A stretch of DNA of 64,000 bases from Leucoraja ocellata (taxonomy: Eukaryota), in contig JAWMAR010000086.1 in NCBI GenBank assembly GCA_036785375.1, positions 2,418,001-2,482,000 on the forward strand, in the 5' to 3' direction. Each line of letters starts with the position of its first letter. Positions within the stretch are counted from its first letter, which is position 1. The translations under genes were made by a program, and so were the position numbers. This document shows positions 1 to 12,627 of the stretch, in pieces. Under the pieces are notes generated by a model that saw only the letters and a list, made by a program, of their open reading frames with translations, had not been told where the DNA came from and made no database searches.

Positions 1-94
1 CATAAAACATTAAAACATTATAACTTAAACATGTGAATGAAATAAAATACCAGAGCAAAAGGAGGCTATGTTTTTATGTCTGGCTGTGGCGGCT

Positions 95-570
95 TTGACA
101 GATGAAGTTCACCAGGTCATTACCTGGATTTAAGAATATTAGCTATATGGAGAGGTTCGACAAGCTTGCATTGGTTCCTCTGCAATGTCAGAGGCTCAGG
201 GGCAATCTGAGAGAAGTTTATAAAATTGTGAGATGCATAAACCTGGTAGATAGTCAGAGTTTTTTTCCCAGGGTGGAAATTACAAATTCTAGAGGGCATA
301 GCTTTGAAGTGAGAAAGCTTTAAGGAGATTGAGGTGGCAAGTTTTTTTTACACATAGTGGTAGGTATCTGGAACTCGCTGCCAAGGAAATAGTGGAAGCA
401 GATATGATAGCAACTTTTAAGAGGCATTTGGACAGTCATATGAGCAGGAAGGAAATTGAGGGACATAGGTACATGCAGGCAGATGTACAATTTAAATTGG
501 CATCATGATCGGCACAGACATCACTGGCGGAAGGGCCTCTTTCCTGTGCTCTACTGTTCTATGTTCTACT
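95..570 (+). mobile_element. CR1-clade LINE 3' fragment (RT C-terminus and 3' tail), degraded
   Basis: ORF 102..323 (FTRSLPGFKNISYMERFDKL...RLRGNLREVYKI...RGHS) matches the CR1 ORF2 C-terminus; ends in a tactgttctatgttcta tail. Confidence 0.85.
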
Positions 571-1044
571 TAACATTTTACAAGTTTACTGTCTACAGGA
601 TTTGCATTCACTTTGCTAGCTGCTTTCTTTTGAAACTGTCTAAGGAAACTATATTCTGTTTTACCTCCTATGCTGATTTTACCTTCTGATTTTATCTTCC
701 TTGTTAATATTTCAGTCATTTGTTGCTGCTACTTATATTTTGCCCTGTCTCTGACTTGTCACCCACCTTTGTGTAAATATTTGCATTTGATTGAAGCTTG
801 ATATTCAACTTCCTTGGTTGGCAGCGGTTGGTCGATCCTGACCTAGGAACAGTTCAGAAGCGCTGCTCCACACCCTTGTACATCTGGGTGGACAGGATGC
901 AGTGCAGGGCCACCATCAGACAGTTAACACAATACCCGCACTTAAGAAGGAGTTGTAGACAGTTCAGGGGCTGGAAAGATAATAGAATCGAAAGACAAAA
1001 GCAGAACATTTAGTAGCAACCAAAACTTAAAAGCAAATAATCAA

Positions 1045-1438
1045 ATATAGACACAAAATGCTGGAGTAACTCAGTGAGACAGGCCAGCGGTATGAATATT
1101 GACTTATCTGACTTCAAGTAACCCTTGCTTTCCCTCTCTTCATCCCCCCCCCCTTCCAGTCTGAATGTCCCTCTGATTAAATTTTATCTCTGTATGCTTC
1201 GTTGTCAATTTCTCCTGGCTAACAATGATCTATTCCACATTTTCCTTGATGTTCACCCCCTTTGATGTCTCCTTTTCACACCTCAGACTTCCCTATCTCT
1301 GTCTCTCTCTCACCTGACTCTCAGGCTGAAGAAGGGTCTTGCCCGAAACGTCCAGAGAAGCTGCCTGTCCTGCTGAGTTACTCCAGCATTTTGTGTCTAT
1401 CTTTGGTGTGAACCAGCATCTGCAGTTCCTTCCTACAC
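1045..1438 (+). mobile_element. Penelope-like element 3' end with an inverted terminal-repeat fragment at its 5' side
   Basis: 14-bp TSD aagcaaataatcaa (1031-1044, 1439-1452); encodes PSGMNIDLSDFK* (PLE GIY-YIG C-terminus); hammerhead-like motif at 1326-1352. Confidence 0.8.
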
Positions 1439-1929
1439 AAGCAAATAATCAACTTGGATTTTAAAAGCTAAAGTCTTGCTTGATTAACATCCTGGAATTT
1501 CACAGAGACCACTCTGCCCATTGAATCCATGCTGGACCCATCTTGAGCAATGAATTCACTTCCTTTCCTATGCTCTTTCCTTGCTGCCCTGGAAACTATT
1601 TTCATTTGCAAAGAACCAATAGAATCCTGACAGTAACCAATTTTAGGATGGACAAAACTGGACATGTTTAATGCACAATAGCCACAAGGAAACAACCAGG
1701 GATGTCCAATGAAACCATTACACCCAGAAAGTAGTGAAAACATGGAACTCACACCCGTAGGCGAAAGAAGTACAGTAGTTAAGATGCATTTAAAGTTTGA
1801 TTGGCACTCCATTCTTTACCCTAAACATTCATTATCTCTATCACCAGCCACCTTGTTAACTGCAGTTACTTATTTCGCCTACTCCGACAGTGCCTTCTTT
1901 AATTTCTGCCACAAAGAACAGCAAGGGCT

Positions 1930-2190
1930 TGAGACACATGGAAGCTTCATCACCTGCATGTTCCCCTTCAAAAACCAGCCTGCCTTGGAATTATATTGTT
2001 GTCTTTCATTACCACTGGGTCTAAATCCTGGGAAGTCCCCACCCAGCACCACCATGAAAGTACCTTCTCCAGATGTTCTGCAACATTTCCACAGGGCAAT
2101 TCACCACTATTTACGCAGGGACAACTATCAGCAGGTAATAAATGCTGGCTTTATCAACAGTACCTATATCCCATGAAATGAATGAATCAA
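1930..2190 (+). mobile_element. Old LINE/SINE 3' end (aataaatgctggc...atcccatgaaatgaatgaat tail)
   Basis: Tail resembles reverse-oriented copies near 3335-3420 and 22770-22870. Confidence 0.5.
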
Positions 2191-3334
2191 AAGATAGTTT
2201 GTATGTGCACAAGGGAGAGGGATATTAGAATTATTATGAAAGCGTTAGACGGGGAGAGAGGATTCAATGTCTCACATCCACCATTTGGGCTGAATGGCTT
2301 GTTCCATCCTCCAGCCTTAAGTCACAGTCCCCAGTGGATACTCCTATCATATCCCAGCAGTGCAGGCTAATGCTGACACTAAGCCCTGAGGTTTAAGAGG
2401 ATATCTTCTGAAATAGATTAGCTGGTAATTCCTTCAGTACATTATTACCCATTGAAGTCATGACTTCCTTTACACTTGCTTGCCAATAGTAGCTATTTAA
2501 CTAGTCCTTGGGGGAAGATTCAAATTCCCATGGTGTGACAAAATTTAATACAGAAAAAGCAAATGCTTCCTTTAAAGTGAAATCCCATTATGTTTTCCGT
2601 AAGAAATTGAAATTAACTATGCCAGATATTTGTTGGTTAAATTGTGTATTGTACTGCATGAAATATGTCCTTTCAAAGGCCTAATTAAATTGTGGGTTAT
2701 GATGTTCTGCTGATTTCAAATGATCATTAATTTCCCTCTAAGTGATTTCATGTTGCTTTGTTTACAGCAGTAATTAAAAGCAATATCTATTCATTTCATC
2801 GGAATGTTGTGTTCACCCTGTGAAACTCATCCTAGCCTTAAAGGGAAGTGTTGTCCAATGGCACTGGAAGAGGTCTGGTCCATGTTAACAGTCAGGTGAT
2901 GGTTGCAAGCAGCTGCCCACCTGAAATGAGAATCCAATGGCATCTCCCTGACCTGCTGTCGGACTTGCTCCTTCCGTTTGTACAGACAGACAGGAGGTAA
3001 TCAATGCTGAGCATTGTCTTGTACCTTGGTGACAAGGCTTGACAGTGTTGAACCCAAATCCCATTGATCCCATAGTCAGGTCAAGGACCCTGCACTTGCA
3101 ACAACTGGGACTTGAAAATGGCACCAACTGTGTCTCTGTATACTACTACTATACACCTGTACAGTATCTGAGATGCTTATCTAAGATGTATCTAGGTGCT
3201 TATGTATAGTGATAACGTGTACTGAACTGTAAACAAAGCTGATTTTCACTGCACCTCAGTACATGTGACAGATAAAGCACCATACCATCCAAGTGCTGCT
3301 GTATACAACATTTCTATTTGCAGATTTTAATTCA

Positions 3335-3825
3335 GTTCATTGCCTTTTCAGGATGTGGGTATTGCTGTCAAAGCAAGTTCTTAATGTACATTCCCAATTG
3401 GCCTAAAGGAAGTGCCTTCTGAACCGATCCATTAACAGTGTAACCGGATGTCAAACTTTGGTTCTGCTTTTCTTTCCATGAATGATGCCTGACCTATTGT
3501 GAGTTTTTAACATTTCATATTCTTATTTGGAATGATCTTTAGGCTCTTTCAGAATCAACCACATTGCCACAGTTTGGAGACACACATTGGGCCAGACTGG
3601 GTAAGGAGAGCAGATTACATTCTCTGAAATACATTAGTCAACCAGATGAGTTTCAATGACAATCTGGTTGTTTTGTAATATTTTTATTTTTTAAATCCAG
3701 ATTGCTTAATGGTCTGAATTCAAATTCGGCAATTGCAGCAGTGAGAATAGAACATACATCTCTAGGTTATTAGATCAGTGTTTGGGATGACGTCTAATAA
3801 TTTAATCACTTTTATTACTCTGTAA
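3335..3825 (-). mobile_element. Old chondrichthyan SINE, degraded, with a small PLE-type fragment inside
   Basis: Blocks aatcaaccacattgc, ccagactgggtaagg, cattagtcaaccagatg and gaattcaaattc resemble a common shark/ray SINE body (recalled, not searched). Confidence 0.5.
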
Positions 3826-4787
3826 CACCAGCCAGCTCCTGGATTGTATCCACACTGAGAAACATGCAGTTGGCACAGGGATCCAAGTGACATTAAACTT
3901 GCATTTCAATATTAAATGAGGTTCACCTTTGTTCCAGTGCTGATGTTGGATGGGATGGAAGCTCCAAAGACATGCCAGCATGTAGAATTAAGAATGGGCT
4001 GGTGCGCAGAGCATTGATTACCTTCCCAGGAGAGGGGAGCTGGGTTAGGTATCAAAAACTAAAAAAAAAATATGGCTGTAGAGTTAGGGCAAAAAAAGTT
4101 GAGCTAGAATGGTTTTACAATGAGCCAGTCCAAACTTGACGATGTAAATGGCACCCCCGCTATAGTCATTTTGTAAGTCAGTGATAATAGCAATTAGTCC
4201 GTTTTGTTTCAATAGAAATGTATTGCAACATGTGTACTGGCACTGCTGTCTACCACATGGAAAACATCTGCATCCAATGAAAGGAATAAATAAAATTCGT
4301 GCTGAGGAGCTGTTCTAGCTATAAACTCTCGAAATGACTTTAGGTAGCATGATACAATCATAGCAACTGGAGGACAAAAGGACAAGGTCTCACTGTAGCT
4401 ATGCATCACATCTCTGAACAGAATCTAGCCGGGAGTTGAGTCTTTCTTTAAAAACAAAAATCTAAAAAGCTTCGAGACTGAACACTTGGGAACTCAGTTT
4501 CTTTTTTCAAAACAGGTGTTCTGTTTACCAATGAAAAAGATAGACAAATAAATTGTGATCGTCAACCATTCTACAATCTTTATCAAAATTTAGTGAGCAA
4601 CTGGCTGGAGCTTTCAGTACCACTTCGGATAGACAATTAATATTGATTCTGATTCTACGGTTGTATTGCAGTAAAGGTTCACACAAGAAGAAATGGCCCT
4701 TGGAAACACCAGCAAATTTTCGATATTTGTCACCGCTAAAAGGCATTGGACTTAATTTGAACTTCACTCTTAATTAATTTTCCTAAG

Positions 4788-5272
4788 AACTCTCCTTCCC
4801 ATTCCCACACTGACCTTTCTGCCCTGGGCCTCCACCATTGCCAGACTGAGGGCACATGCAAGTTGGAGGGTCAGCACCTTATATTACGCTTGGGTAGCTT
4901 TCTCATTCACATCCCCTTTTTTCTTGCCCCTCTGCCTTTCCTCCCCTGTGCCCCACCTGGACTACCACCAGATTCTCCCCAACCCCACTTCCCTGCTACT
5001 TTCCTCCCTCTAGCTTCACAATTTGCAACTGTTCAACCATCTCACACCTTCTGCTTTTATCTCTGCCTATTGTTTCAACCATCTGCTTATCAAAACCCTC
5101 CCCTCACCCGCATCCACCTATTACCTGCCAAGCTTTGTCCTGCCTCTCCCATCTTCTAGGTTTCTCCACTCCCACTACAATCAGTATGAAGAAGGGTCCC
5201 GACCCAAAACATTCCCTGTCTATGATCTCTAGAGATACTGCCTGACCTGTTGACTTATTTGTGTCCTTTTGG
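4788..5272 (+). mobile_element. Penelope-like element 3' fragment (GIY-YIG C-terminus and terminal repeat)
   Basis: Translates NSPSHSHTDLSALGLHHCQTEGTCKLEGQHLILRLGS; degenerate hammerhead-like motif near 5186-5213. Confidence 0.8.
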
Positions 5273-5814
5273 TAGATTCCTAAGTAGGATTAACGCACAA
5301 ATCCAAGAAGTTCTGATAGCGCCAGAGAGCCCTCGACAATGGGGAGGCAGGGAAGAGTTGGCTGCTTAATGCAGGTAAAGCCATTGTAATATAAAACATC
5401 TGAGAAACAGTGGATGCAATGGGGAGGTTCAAAGGACTTGTAGAAATGGATGCAGGGATGATTTCTCTGTGGCATTGAGAATTATTGTGAGTTCAACTTG
5501 TAACCTGCCCTCACTTAAAGTCAGCTTAGTTTTAAGACTGCAAATTTGTTTAGCTGTCTCAAAAATCCAATCTAATCTGCCAAGAGGATAAATAAGCAGC
5601 TTCTTACAAGAATTGTGAGTGTTGCCTTGAGTACACCTGGGAACTGAAAGAGTCTTAAAGGTAGGGTTACGTCAACATGAAAAACAATTTTAAAAATATA
5701 ATCTGAAAGGACAGTCTGACTCCCAACTGCAATTTAATATGGTGCTGTGACTACAATAAAAACTGATTTTAAAATGTGAGTCTAAAACATTTTGAAGGGA
5801 AACAAAGGAGAAGT

Positions 5815-6359
5815 AAGTTCATCAGTGATAGGGGCAGAATAAGGCCATTTGGGCCATCAAGTCTACTCCACCATTTGATCATGGCTGATCCATCTCTCCT
5901 TCCTAACCCCATTCTCCTGCCTTCTCCCCATAACCTCTGACACCTATACTAATCAAGAATCTATCTACCTGTATAACTGCATTAAAAATTATCCATTGTC
6001 GGATGTCACAGCCGTCGGTGGCCAAGAATTCCAAAGATTCACGACCTTCTGACTAAAGAAATTCTTCTTCATCTTCTTCCTAAAAGAACATTGTTTAATT
6101 CTGTGGCTATGACCTCTAGTCCGAGACTCTCCCACTAATGGAAACATCCTCTCCACATCCACTTTATCTAAGCCTTGCACTTTTCGGTACATTTCAATGA
6201 TGTCCCCCCCCCCCTTCATTCTTCTAAACTCCAGCGAGTACACGTCCAGTGCCGTCAAACACTCATCATATGTCGATCCACTAATTTCTGGCCTTATTCT
6301 TATAAACCTTCTCAGGACCCTCTCCGGAGCCAGCACATTCTTCCTCAGATATGGTGCGT
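5815..6359 (-). mobile_element. CR1-clade LINE 3' fragment
   Basis: ORF 5989..6336 (ERVLRRFIR...YSLEFRRM...GESRTRGHS...FFSQKVVNLWNS). Confidence 0.9.
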
Positions 6360-6421
6360 CAAATATGGTGCGTCAGATATGGTGCGTCAGATATGGTGCG
6401 TCAGATATGGTGCGTCAGATA
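6346..6421. repeat. 14-bp tandem repeat (cagatatggtgcgt), about 5.4 copies
   Basis: Read directly; one copy has a single substitution; lies at the 5' truncation point of the CR1 fragment. Confidence 0.95.
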
Positions 6422-6503
6422 AGGAGAAAGAGGACTCTTATTTCTACAACTCCTTTCAAGACTTTCCAACCGCATTGCACCCAGTCTGTCCCTTTTGAAA
6501 GAA

Positions 6504-6817
6504 GGCGGCACAGTGGTGCAGCAGTAGAGTTGCTGCCTTACAGCGCTTGTGGCACCAGTGACTTGGGTTTGATCCTGAATATGGGTGCTGTCTGTACGGA
6601 GTTTGTCCGTTCTCCCTGTGACCTGCGCGCGTTTTCTCCGAGATCTTCGGTTTCCTCCGACACTCCAAAGACGTACAGGTTTGTCGGCTAATTGGCTTGG
6701 TATAAGTGTAAATTGTCCCTAGTGTGTGTAGGGCAGCGTTAATATGCGGGGATTGCTGATCTGCGTGGACTCGGTGGGCCATAGGGCCTGTTTCCGCGCT
6801 GTATCTCTAAACTAAAC
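6504..6817 (+). mobile_element. tRNA-derived SINE (HE1/V-SINE type), near full length
   Basis: ggcggcacagtggtgcagcagtag head with A box; gggtttgatcc B box; gggcctgtttccgcgctgtatctctaaactaaac tail. Confidence 0.85.
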
Positions 6818-6897
6818 AACCATTGGATATTGAGTATTGAAGCAACCAATCTGTACACAAACAGCAAAGAGGCAAAGAATCAGATCCCCCATTTTTT

Positions 6898-7003
6898 CCG
6901 TAACGAGTCTGAGGAAGGGTCTCGACTTGAAACGTCACCCATTCCTTCTCTCCAGAGATGCTGCCTGGCCCGCTGAGTTATTCCAGCATTTTTTGTCTTA
7001 CAG
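6898..7003 (+). mobile_element. Solo PLE terminal-repeat fragment with hammerhead-like motif
   Basis: ctgaggaagggtctcgacttgaaacgtc (6909-6936) followed by ...gatgctgcctggcccgctgagttattccagcatttt; flanked by catttttt repeats. Confidence 0.75.
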
Positions 7004-7384
7004 CATTTTTTGTGTGGACTTTGATCAAATTTGGCAGAACTCAGGGCTACCTTCCGACTCTCCCTAAAGCACTACTTGTGTCAGCTCGCTCAGAAAGATA
7101 GGCAGCACCCCAGAAGGATGAATCCATTCAAAGTGCAGTGCTCCCACCATGCGTCACCAATATGTCAACTTGCATCACTTGCTGCAAGACCTGGATGAGA
7201 GGTGAATGTGTGGCCAGCTGCCCGGACAGCTTCAGGAAACAAAACACAGATTCTGCCAGATGCTGAGAATGGCAGGAAGTGCCTGTGCACAAACAGTACT
7301 TACATTTCAGGCACTGATCTTTCATCTGAACTTATGTGACATTTGGAAAGGATAAAACTATCCAACCATCATTCCCCATAATTT

Positions 7385-7860
7385 TCCTGGCCCACACGGG
7401 ACATGTGAACCACTCAAAGATGGGAACAGGAGACAGGCACTGGCCTCCGGAGACTGCTTTACCATTCTATTTGATTATATCTGATCAGTATCTCCATCTG
7501 TGTGTCTTGGTTCTGTAACCCCCTCATCCCCTTCTTGAACAAAAATCTATCCATCTCCGTCTTGAAATCTGCAAATAACTTAACTTCAATAGCTTTGGGG
7601 AAGATAGAGTTTCAGACTTCGGCAACACTTTACATGAAGAAGAGTTAATTTCCACCCTACATCGATGGCCCAGCTTAAATTTATAGTTATGGCATCAATA
7701 CCTTTGTACAGATGCTGCGGCTCTTTGTTTGGGCTTCTCCCCTTGGAGGAAATAGTTCTGTTTCTATTTCAATCCTTTCATCACCTTAAGCCCCTCAAGT
7801 ATATCGCTATTTAATCTTTTATCCTCAATGAATTAACTCATAATTGTGTCCTTTTGGGCG
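7385..7860 (-). mobile_element. Old CR1 3' fragment
   Basis: Degenerate similarity to the other CR1 3' ends (aaaatctatccatctccgtcttgaaat, ttatagttatggc). Confidence 0.5.
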
Positions 7861-8874
7861 AGTTTTCATTTATCCCTTCTTCTCAAGTTACTGACCCTCG
7901 CTGGTTTCTGTCCAATAACCCGCCCAAAATGTCTTCTTTCTATGTCATGTGGAAGTATGGAAATATGAAATATAGGGAAGGAGTTGGCAGTGACTGGGGA
8001 CTTGGCCTCTGAAAATGCCAAGATTCCAGGTTTTAATTTTGGTATGGTCACTCCACAACCCCTGCTGGGAAACAGCATTGTCTTCAGAAACCACAATCCC
8101 ACTGAGAAATATTTCAGTTTTCACTACCAAAGAGCATCAAGAGACCGCAGAATATTTTGACAGTCTCCACTGTAATATGACTGTAATATTTTTTATGTTG
8201 TTTTCTGATTTTTTTTTTTGTTGCTTAAATCAAATGAATAGACAAAGCATCACTCGAGTTTCAGTACAATGATTACAAACTAACTTTACACAATTCAAAA
8301 TATTCACAATCTAAGACATCGTTGTGGCAATCTATGTATAGAAAGTGCTTAATTGAATTCCACTTTGGTTTTTTATTATAACCTGTAGTAATACTTTGAT
8401 TTTAAAGATTTTTTGTGAGACCATTTCAAAGATAATCATCTTTAAAATCATAATGATAAGTTTGCAAATTGAAGTACAATTCCCTTTTATCCATTTGTGG
8501 GATGTTGGTGCCATTGAAAAGGGCAAACCTATTGACCATCCATGGCTGCTATAAGGTGAGGATTTACTTAAATTGTGTATTTTTTTCTGTTTTATTTTTA
8601 CAGTGGAACTAAATGGCTTGTGAGGCAACTTCAGAGGGTGGATAAAATATGGCTATTTGTTTTATTTTATTTTATCTACCCTCTGTGCCCATCACACCCA
8701 TTGTGACCTTCTTGTCCATCTACACTAAAAATCTTCAATTAGAGTCACCAAATCAACAAGGTTTATATTTTAACGGTGAGATAAGCCATCATCAAATTAA
8801 ATGGGTGCGACACTATACGAGTTGTCCTCCAACCCAGGAAACGTACTTTTTTGGAACTTATCTCAAAGTTATAC

Positions 8875-9205
8875 AGTCGGAGATACAACATGGAAACAGG
8901 TTCTTCCATTCACCAAATCTGCACCAACCATTTACGCTAATCCCACGGTAACCTTTTTCTTCAAAGCTCCCCTCACATTCTCATCAACTCATTCCCAGAT
9001 TCTATCACCCACATGTCTCTACATACAAGAGACAATTTACAGTGATCAACTAACCTACCAACCCACATCTCTTTGGGAAACTGGTGCACCAGGCGGAAAC
9101 CCACTTAGTCATGGGGAGCGTGTGTACACTTCAGGCTGCATTCAAGGTCAGGTTTCAACCTAGGTTTCAGGTTCAATGAGGCAGTGACTCTACCAGCTGT
9201 GTCAC
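8875..9205 (-). mobile_element. Old HE1-type SINE
   Basis: agatacaacatggaaacagg tail and caatttacag...ggaaacccac...gactctaccagctgtgtcac head in reverse orientation. Confidence 0.55.
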
Positions 9206-9264
9206 AGTGTTTCTCTGTGTCACTGCTTTTCTTTGGCAAATGCCATTTTTAAATTGATCTCAGT

Positions 9265-9510
9265 AAGGGTCTTTTGGTCTTCTCTAGCCACAGGCAAGGC
9301 CCCTGAAGGATGGAGAGCCACTAAGGTCCCATTATTTAAGAAGGGAAATTGAGGGAATCCAGGGAATTATAGAATCTCACGTTAGTGGTAGGGAAACTAT
9401 TGGATTTTACTAAGGATGAAGTATCTTATTAACGATAGAGTTTTGTGAGGAGCTGACAACTGTAATTGATTAGGGCCGATCAGTAGATGTTACCTACATT
9501 GAGTTTTGTA
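9265..9510 (+). mobile_element. Degraded CR1 RT fragment
   Basis: Resembles the PEDWR..VPLFKKG..PGNYR..TLVVGKL region. Confidence 0.5.
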
Positions 9511-9667
9511 GCGGATTGTAATGTAAGGGTTAAACAGGCTATGTCAGCTAAAATGGAGTTGTCCGCTACATTAGCAGCACCACATTTCAAACCCTGCTTA
9601 GGAAAACAAGTAGATGTTGTAGAAGAATGCATAGGCTAACTCGAAGGGACCAGTAAATCGAGACCAC

Positions 9668-9870
9668 CTTATAAGTTGTAGGAACAGAATTAGGCCATTC
9701 GGCCCATCAAGTCTATACCACCATTCTTTCATGGCTGATCTAATCTTTCCCTTTCCCATTCTCCTGCCTTCTCCCCATAAACCTTGGCATCCTCACAAAC
9801 AAGAACCTATTCATCTCCACCTTAAAAATATCCATTGATTTGGTCTCCACAGCCTACTGCGGCAGCTCCC
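9668..9870 (-). mobile_element. CR1 3' tail fragment
   Basis: gaattaggccattcggcccatcaag...catggctgatct...ttctcctgccttctccccataa, shared with 5815-5960. Confidence 0.75.
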
Positions 9871-9883
9871 CGCAAGGTCACTA

Positions 9884-10099
9884 ATGCCCCTGTCCCACTT
9901 AGGAAACCTCTGGAGACTTTGCACTCCACCCAAAGTTTCCGTGTGGTTCCCGGAGGTTTTTGTCAGTCTCCCTACCTGCTTCCACTACCTGCAACCTCCG
10001 GCAACCACCTGCAACCTTCGGGAGCTGCACGGAAACCTTGGGTGAGGCGCAAATTCTTCAGAGGTTTCCGTTCAGGTTTCCTAAGTGGGACAGGGGCAT
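9884..10099. mobile_element. MITE family A (PIF/Harbinger-like termini)
   Basis: TIR atgcccctgtcccacttaggaaac / gtttcctaagtgggacaggggcat, flanked by TA; second copy at 24588-24825. Confidence 0.85.
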
Positions 10100-10204
10100 T
10101 AGATAAGCTTTGCTTTCCCAGAGACATCAGAGACCAGCTCAGCATCTGATCGGACACATAACTTACGCCATTATGTTACCAGATAGTTAAGTTGATACAT
10201 AGTC

Positions 10205-10390
10205 ACCTGTTGTTCTCAGCGAGTCAGGCAGCATTTGTGGGGGGAAATGGAATTTAACCTTTCAGGTTGAGATCCTTCTTCTGGACAGTCCAAATGAAGG
10301 GTCGCAGCCTGAAAATCATCTATCTGTTTTCTTCCACGGATGCTGCCTGACTCACTGAGTCCCCCATGCAGTTGTCCAGCATCTGCCTTC
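10205..10390. mobile_element. Inverted pair of PLE terminal-repeat fragments, degraded
   Basis: ctcagcgagtcaggcagcat ... gatgctgcctgactcactgag. Confidence 0.65.
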
Positions 10391-10698
10391 ACTTCCCAAC
10401 AATAGATGATCGTTCATGTTAATCGGAGTACGCCAGGATGAGTTCAGGGAAGGGGCTAACCTGTCACTTAACACACATTCATAGACATATCTGTTCTGTC
10501 AATTAATATTTGAGGTGTTTGTTTATCTTGCAAGCCAATCTTCAGTGGTTAAAGAAGGGTTTTCAGGATGTCTGAATTCTCAAGGAATGGTACACGACTG
10601 CTCAGTGATGGTCTTGCCAATTGAGATGTACTCCCATTGTAAACCGTCAATTCTACTGTTTGTACCCAAAATATTGAAGCAAACTATGTAATTGTAAC

Positions 10699-10865
10699 AA
10701 TTTAGAACCAAAAAACTGGAGATGCTGGTTTATACCAAAGATAGGCACAAAGTGCTGAAGTAACTCAGCAGGCCAGGCAACTGGCATTTCAGGTTTGGAC
10801 TCTTCTGCAGTCTTCAGAAGATGCTACCTGACCCGTTGAGTTACTCCATCACTTTGTGTCCACCT
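10699..10865. mobile_element. Inverted pair of PLE terminal-repeat fragments
   Basis: 14-bp TSD tatgtaattgtaac (10685-10698, 10866-10879); cacaaagtgctgaagtaactca / tgagttactccatcactttgtg arms. Confidence 0.8.
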
Positions 10866-10907
10866 TATGTAATTGTAACTGTTGAAACAGTATTTAATTA
10901 CCTATTG

Positions 10908-11335
10908 CTTAAGAAGGAACTGCAGATGCTGGAAAATCGTAGGTAGTCAAAAATGCTGGAGAAACTCAGCGGGGTGAGGAAGCATCTATGGAGCAAAGGA
11001 AATAGGCGACATTTCGTGTCGATACCCTTCTTCAGGCTGATGTGGAGGTGGGGGGGGGGGGGGGGAGAGGGAAGGAGAAAGGAAGAGGTGGAGACAGCGG
11101 GCTGTGGGAGAGCTGGGAAGGGGAGGGGAACGAGGGAGAAAGCAAGGACTACCTGAAATTGGAGAAGTCAATGCTCATACTGCTGGGGTGTAAACTACCC
11201 AAGCGAAATAGGAGCTGCTGCTCCTCCGATTTGCGGTGGGACACTCTGGCCATGGAGGAGGCCCAGGACAGAAAGGTCGGATTCGGAATGGGAGGGGGAG
11301 TTGAAGTGCTGAGCCACCGGGAGATCAGGTTGGTT
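10908..11335 (-). mobile_element. Penelope-like element 3' fragment (GIY-YIG C-terminus and terminal repeat)
   Basis: ORF 11149..11361 ends RKSEEQQLLFRLGSLHPSSMSIDFSNFR*; hammerhead-like motif at 11008-11035 (-). Confidence 0.85.
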
Positions 11336-12226
11336 TTTGTGAACCGCCGCTCAGTTCTCATATGTTCTAATGTTAGAGGAAATGGACATTATGGATAATA
11401 GACGGGGTCCAATCTAGCAGAGTGCTTTGTGCTGGATAATATTCAGCCTCTTCAGTGCTGTTCAAGTTGCACTTATTCAGGCAGGTGGAGGGTATTTATT
11501 ATGCTTCTAACGTACGTACCTTGTTGGTAACGGGAAGGTATTGGTGTCATCAGGAGATGTCGCTTCCAACTGGAAAACAGATTCTGACCTGTTCTGCTGA
11601 AGGTTTTGATATGGTTGGTCAACTTGACTTTCTGGTATCTCCCAGGATGTTACTAATAGGAGATTTGGCAACAGCAATGCAATCGAATGTCATGAGTACA
11701 TGGTTACATTCATCTTCCTTTGAGATAGTTATTTAAATGGGGGAATGGGATTGATAGCATTCCATTAAGACCTGACACAGACTTGATGGACTGACGGACC
11801 TCCCATGTCAAAAAAGGAAAATGCAAGCCTGCCACGTGCAGTGAAGTGTAACTTGGCATTTATTAATTCAAGTGTTAATTTTATTTGGGCCTTGATGGAT
11901 GCAAGTACAGGCTGCGCCACAACCTGGATGCAGTGTATGATTCCAGCCAGTGCAGAGATTTCCCCCCAACACCCACCAACATCCAGATCATTGCAGTCTT
12001 CATTTCACCTCTGGAATTCAAATCTCTGGTCAACATTTTTCCTAAGGCTATGATAATCTCAGGAACAAAATGCTCTTGTCAAAACCCACATATAACAAGC
12101 CATTGGAGATAGAAGGATTTTGGAGCTATATGGACAATGCAGGTTGTAGGTAATTTGTAGGTAATTTGCCTATGCAGAATTTATAAATCACTACACAAAA
12201 ATCTGAGTTGCAGAATAAAATTTGCT

Positions 12227-12524
12227 GGGCACAACATGGAGTTGCTACCTTGCAGCACCAGAGACCCGGGTTTGATCCTGATTACGGGTGCTGTCTGTGC
12301 GAAGTTTGTAATTTCTTCCCCTGACCGCATGGGTGTTGCTTGCGTGCTCAGGTTTCCTCCCACATTCCAAAGACGTACAGGTTTGTAGGTGAATTGGCTT
12401 TGGTAAGATTTGTAAATTGTCCTTAGTGTGTAGGAATATATTGGTGTACGGGGATCGCAGGTCGGCGCGAACTCAGTGGGCCGAAGGGCCAGTTTCTGCG
12501 CTGTATCTCTGAACTAAACTAAAC
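12227..12524 (+). mobile_element. HE1-type SINE
   Basis: gagttgctaccttgcagcaccagagacccgggtttgatcc ... ctgtatctctgaactaaactaaac. Confidence 0.85.
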
Positions 12525-12627
12525 TTGTGTTAGAGAAGTAAATATGTCCACACAATTTTTTTCCCACCTCTCATTTCTTGAAGCATGCGCAGTTGTCACA
12601 GCTTCACCTTACAGAAACCTTACGTTT

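Noticed and set aside
1709-2176. 155-aa ORF
   Set aside because: No recognisable domain; its 3' half runs through a degraded retroelement tail
6346-6421. CRISPR-like array
   Set aside because: Contiguous tandem units with no spacers, eukaryotic context, no cas genes
6504-6590. tRNA gene (also at the other SINE heads)
   Set aside because: A and B boxes are present but continue into a SINE body and tail; no complete cloverleaf
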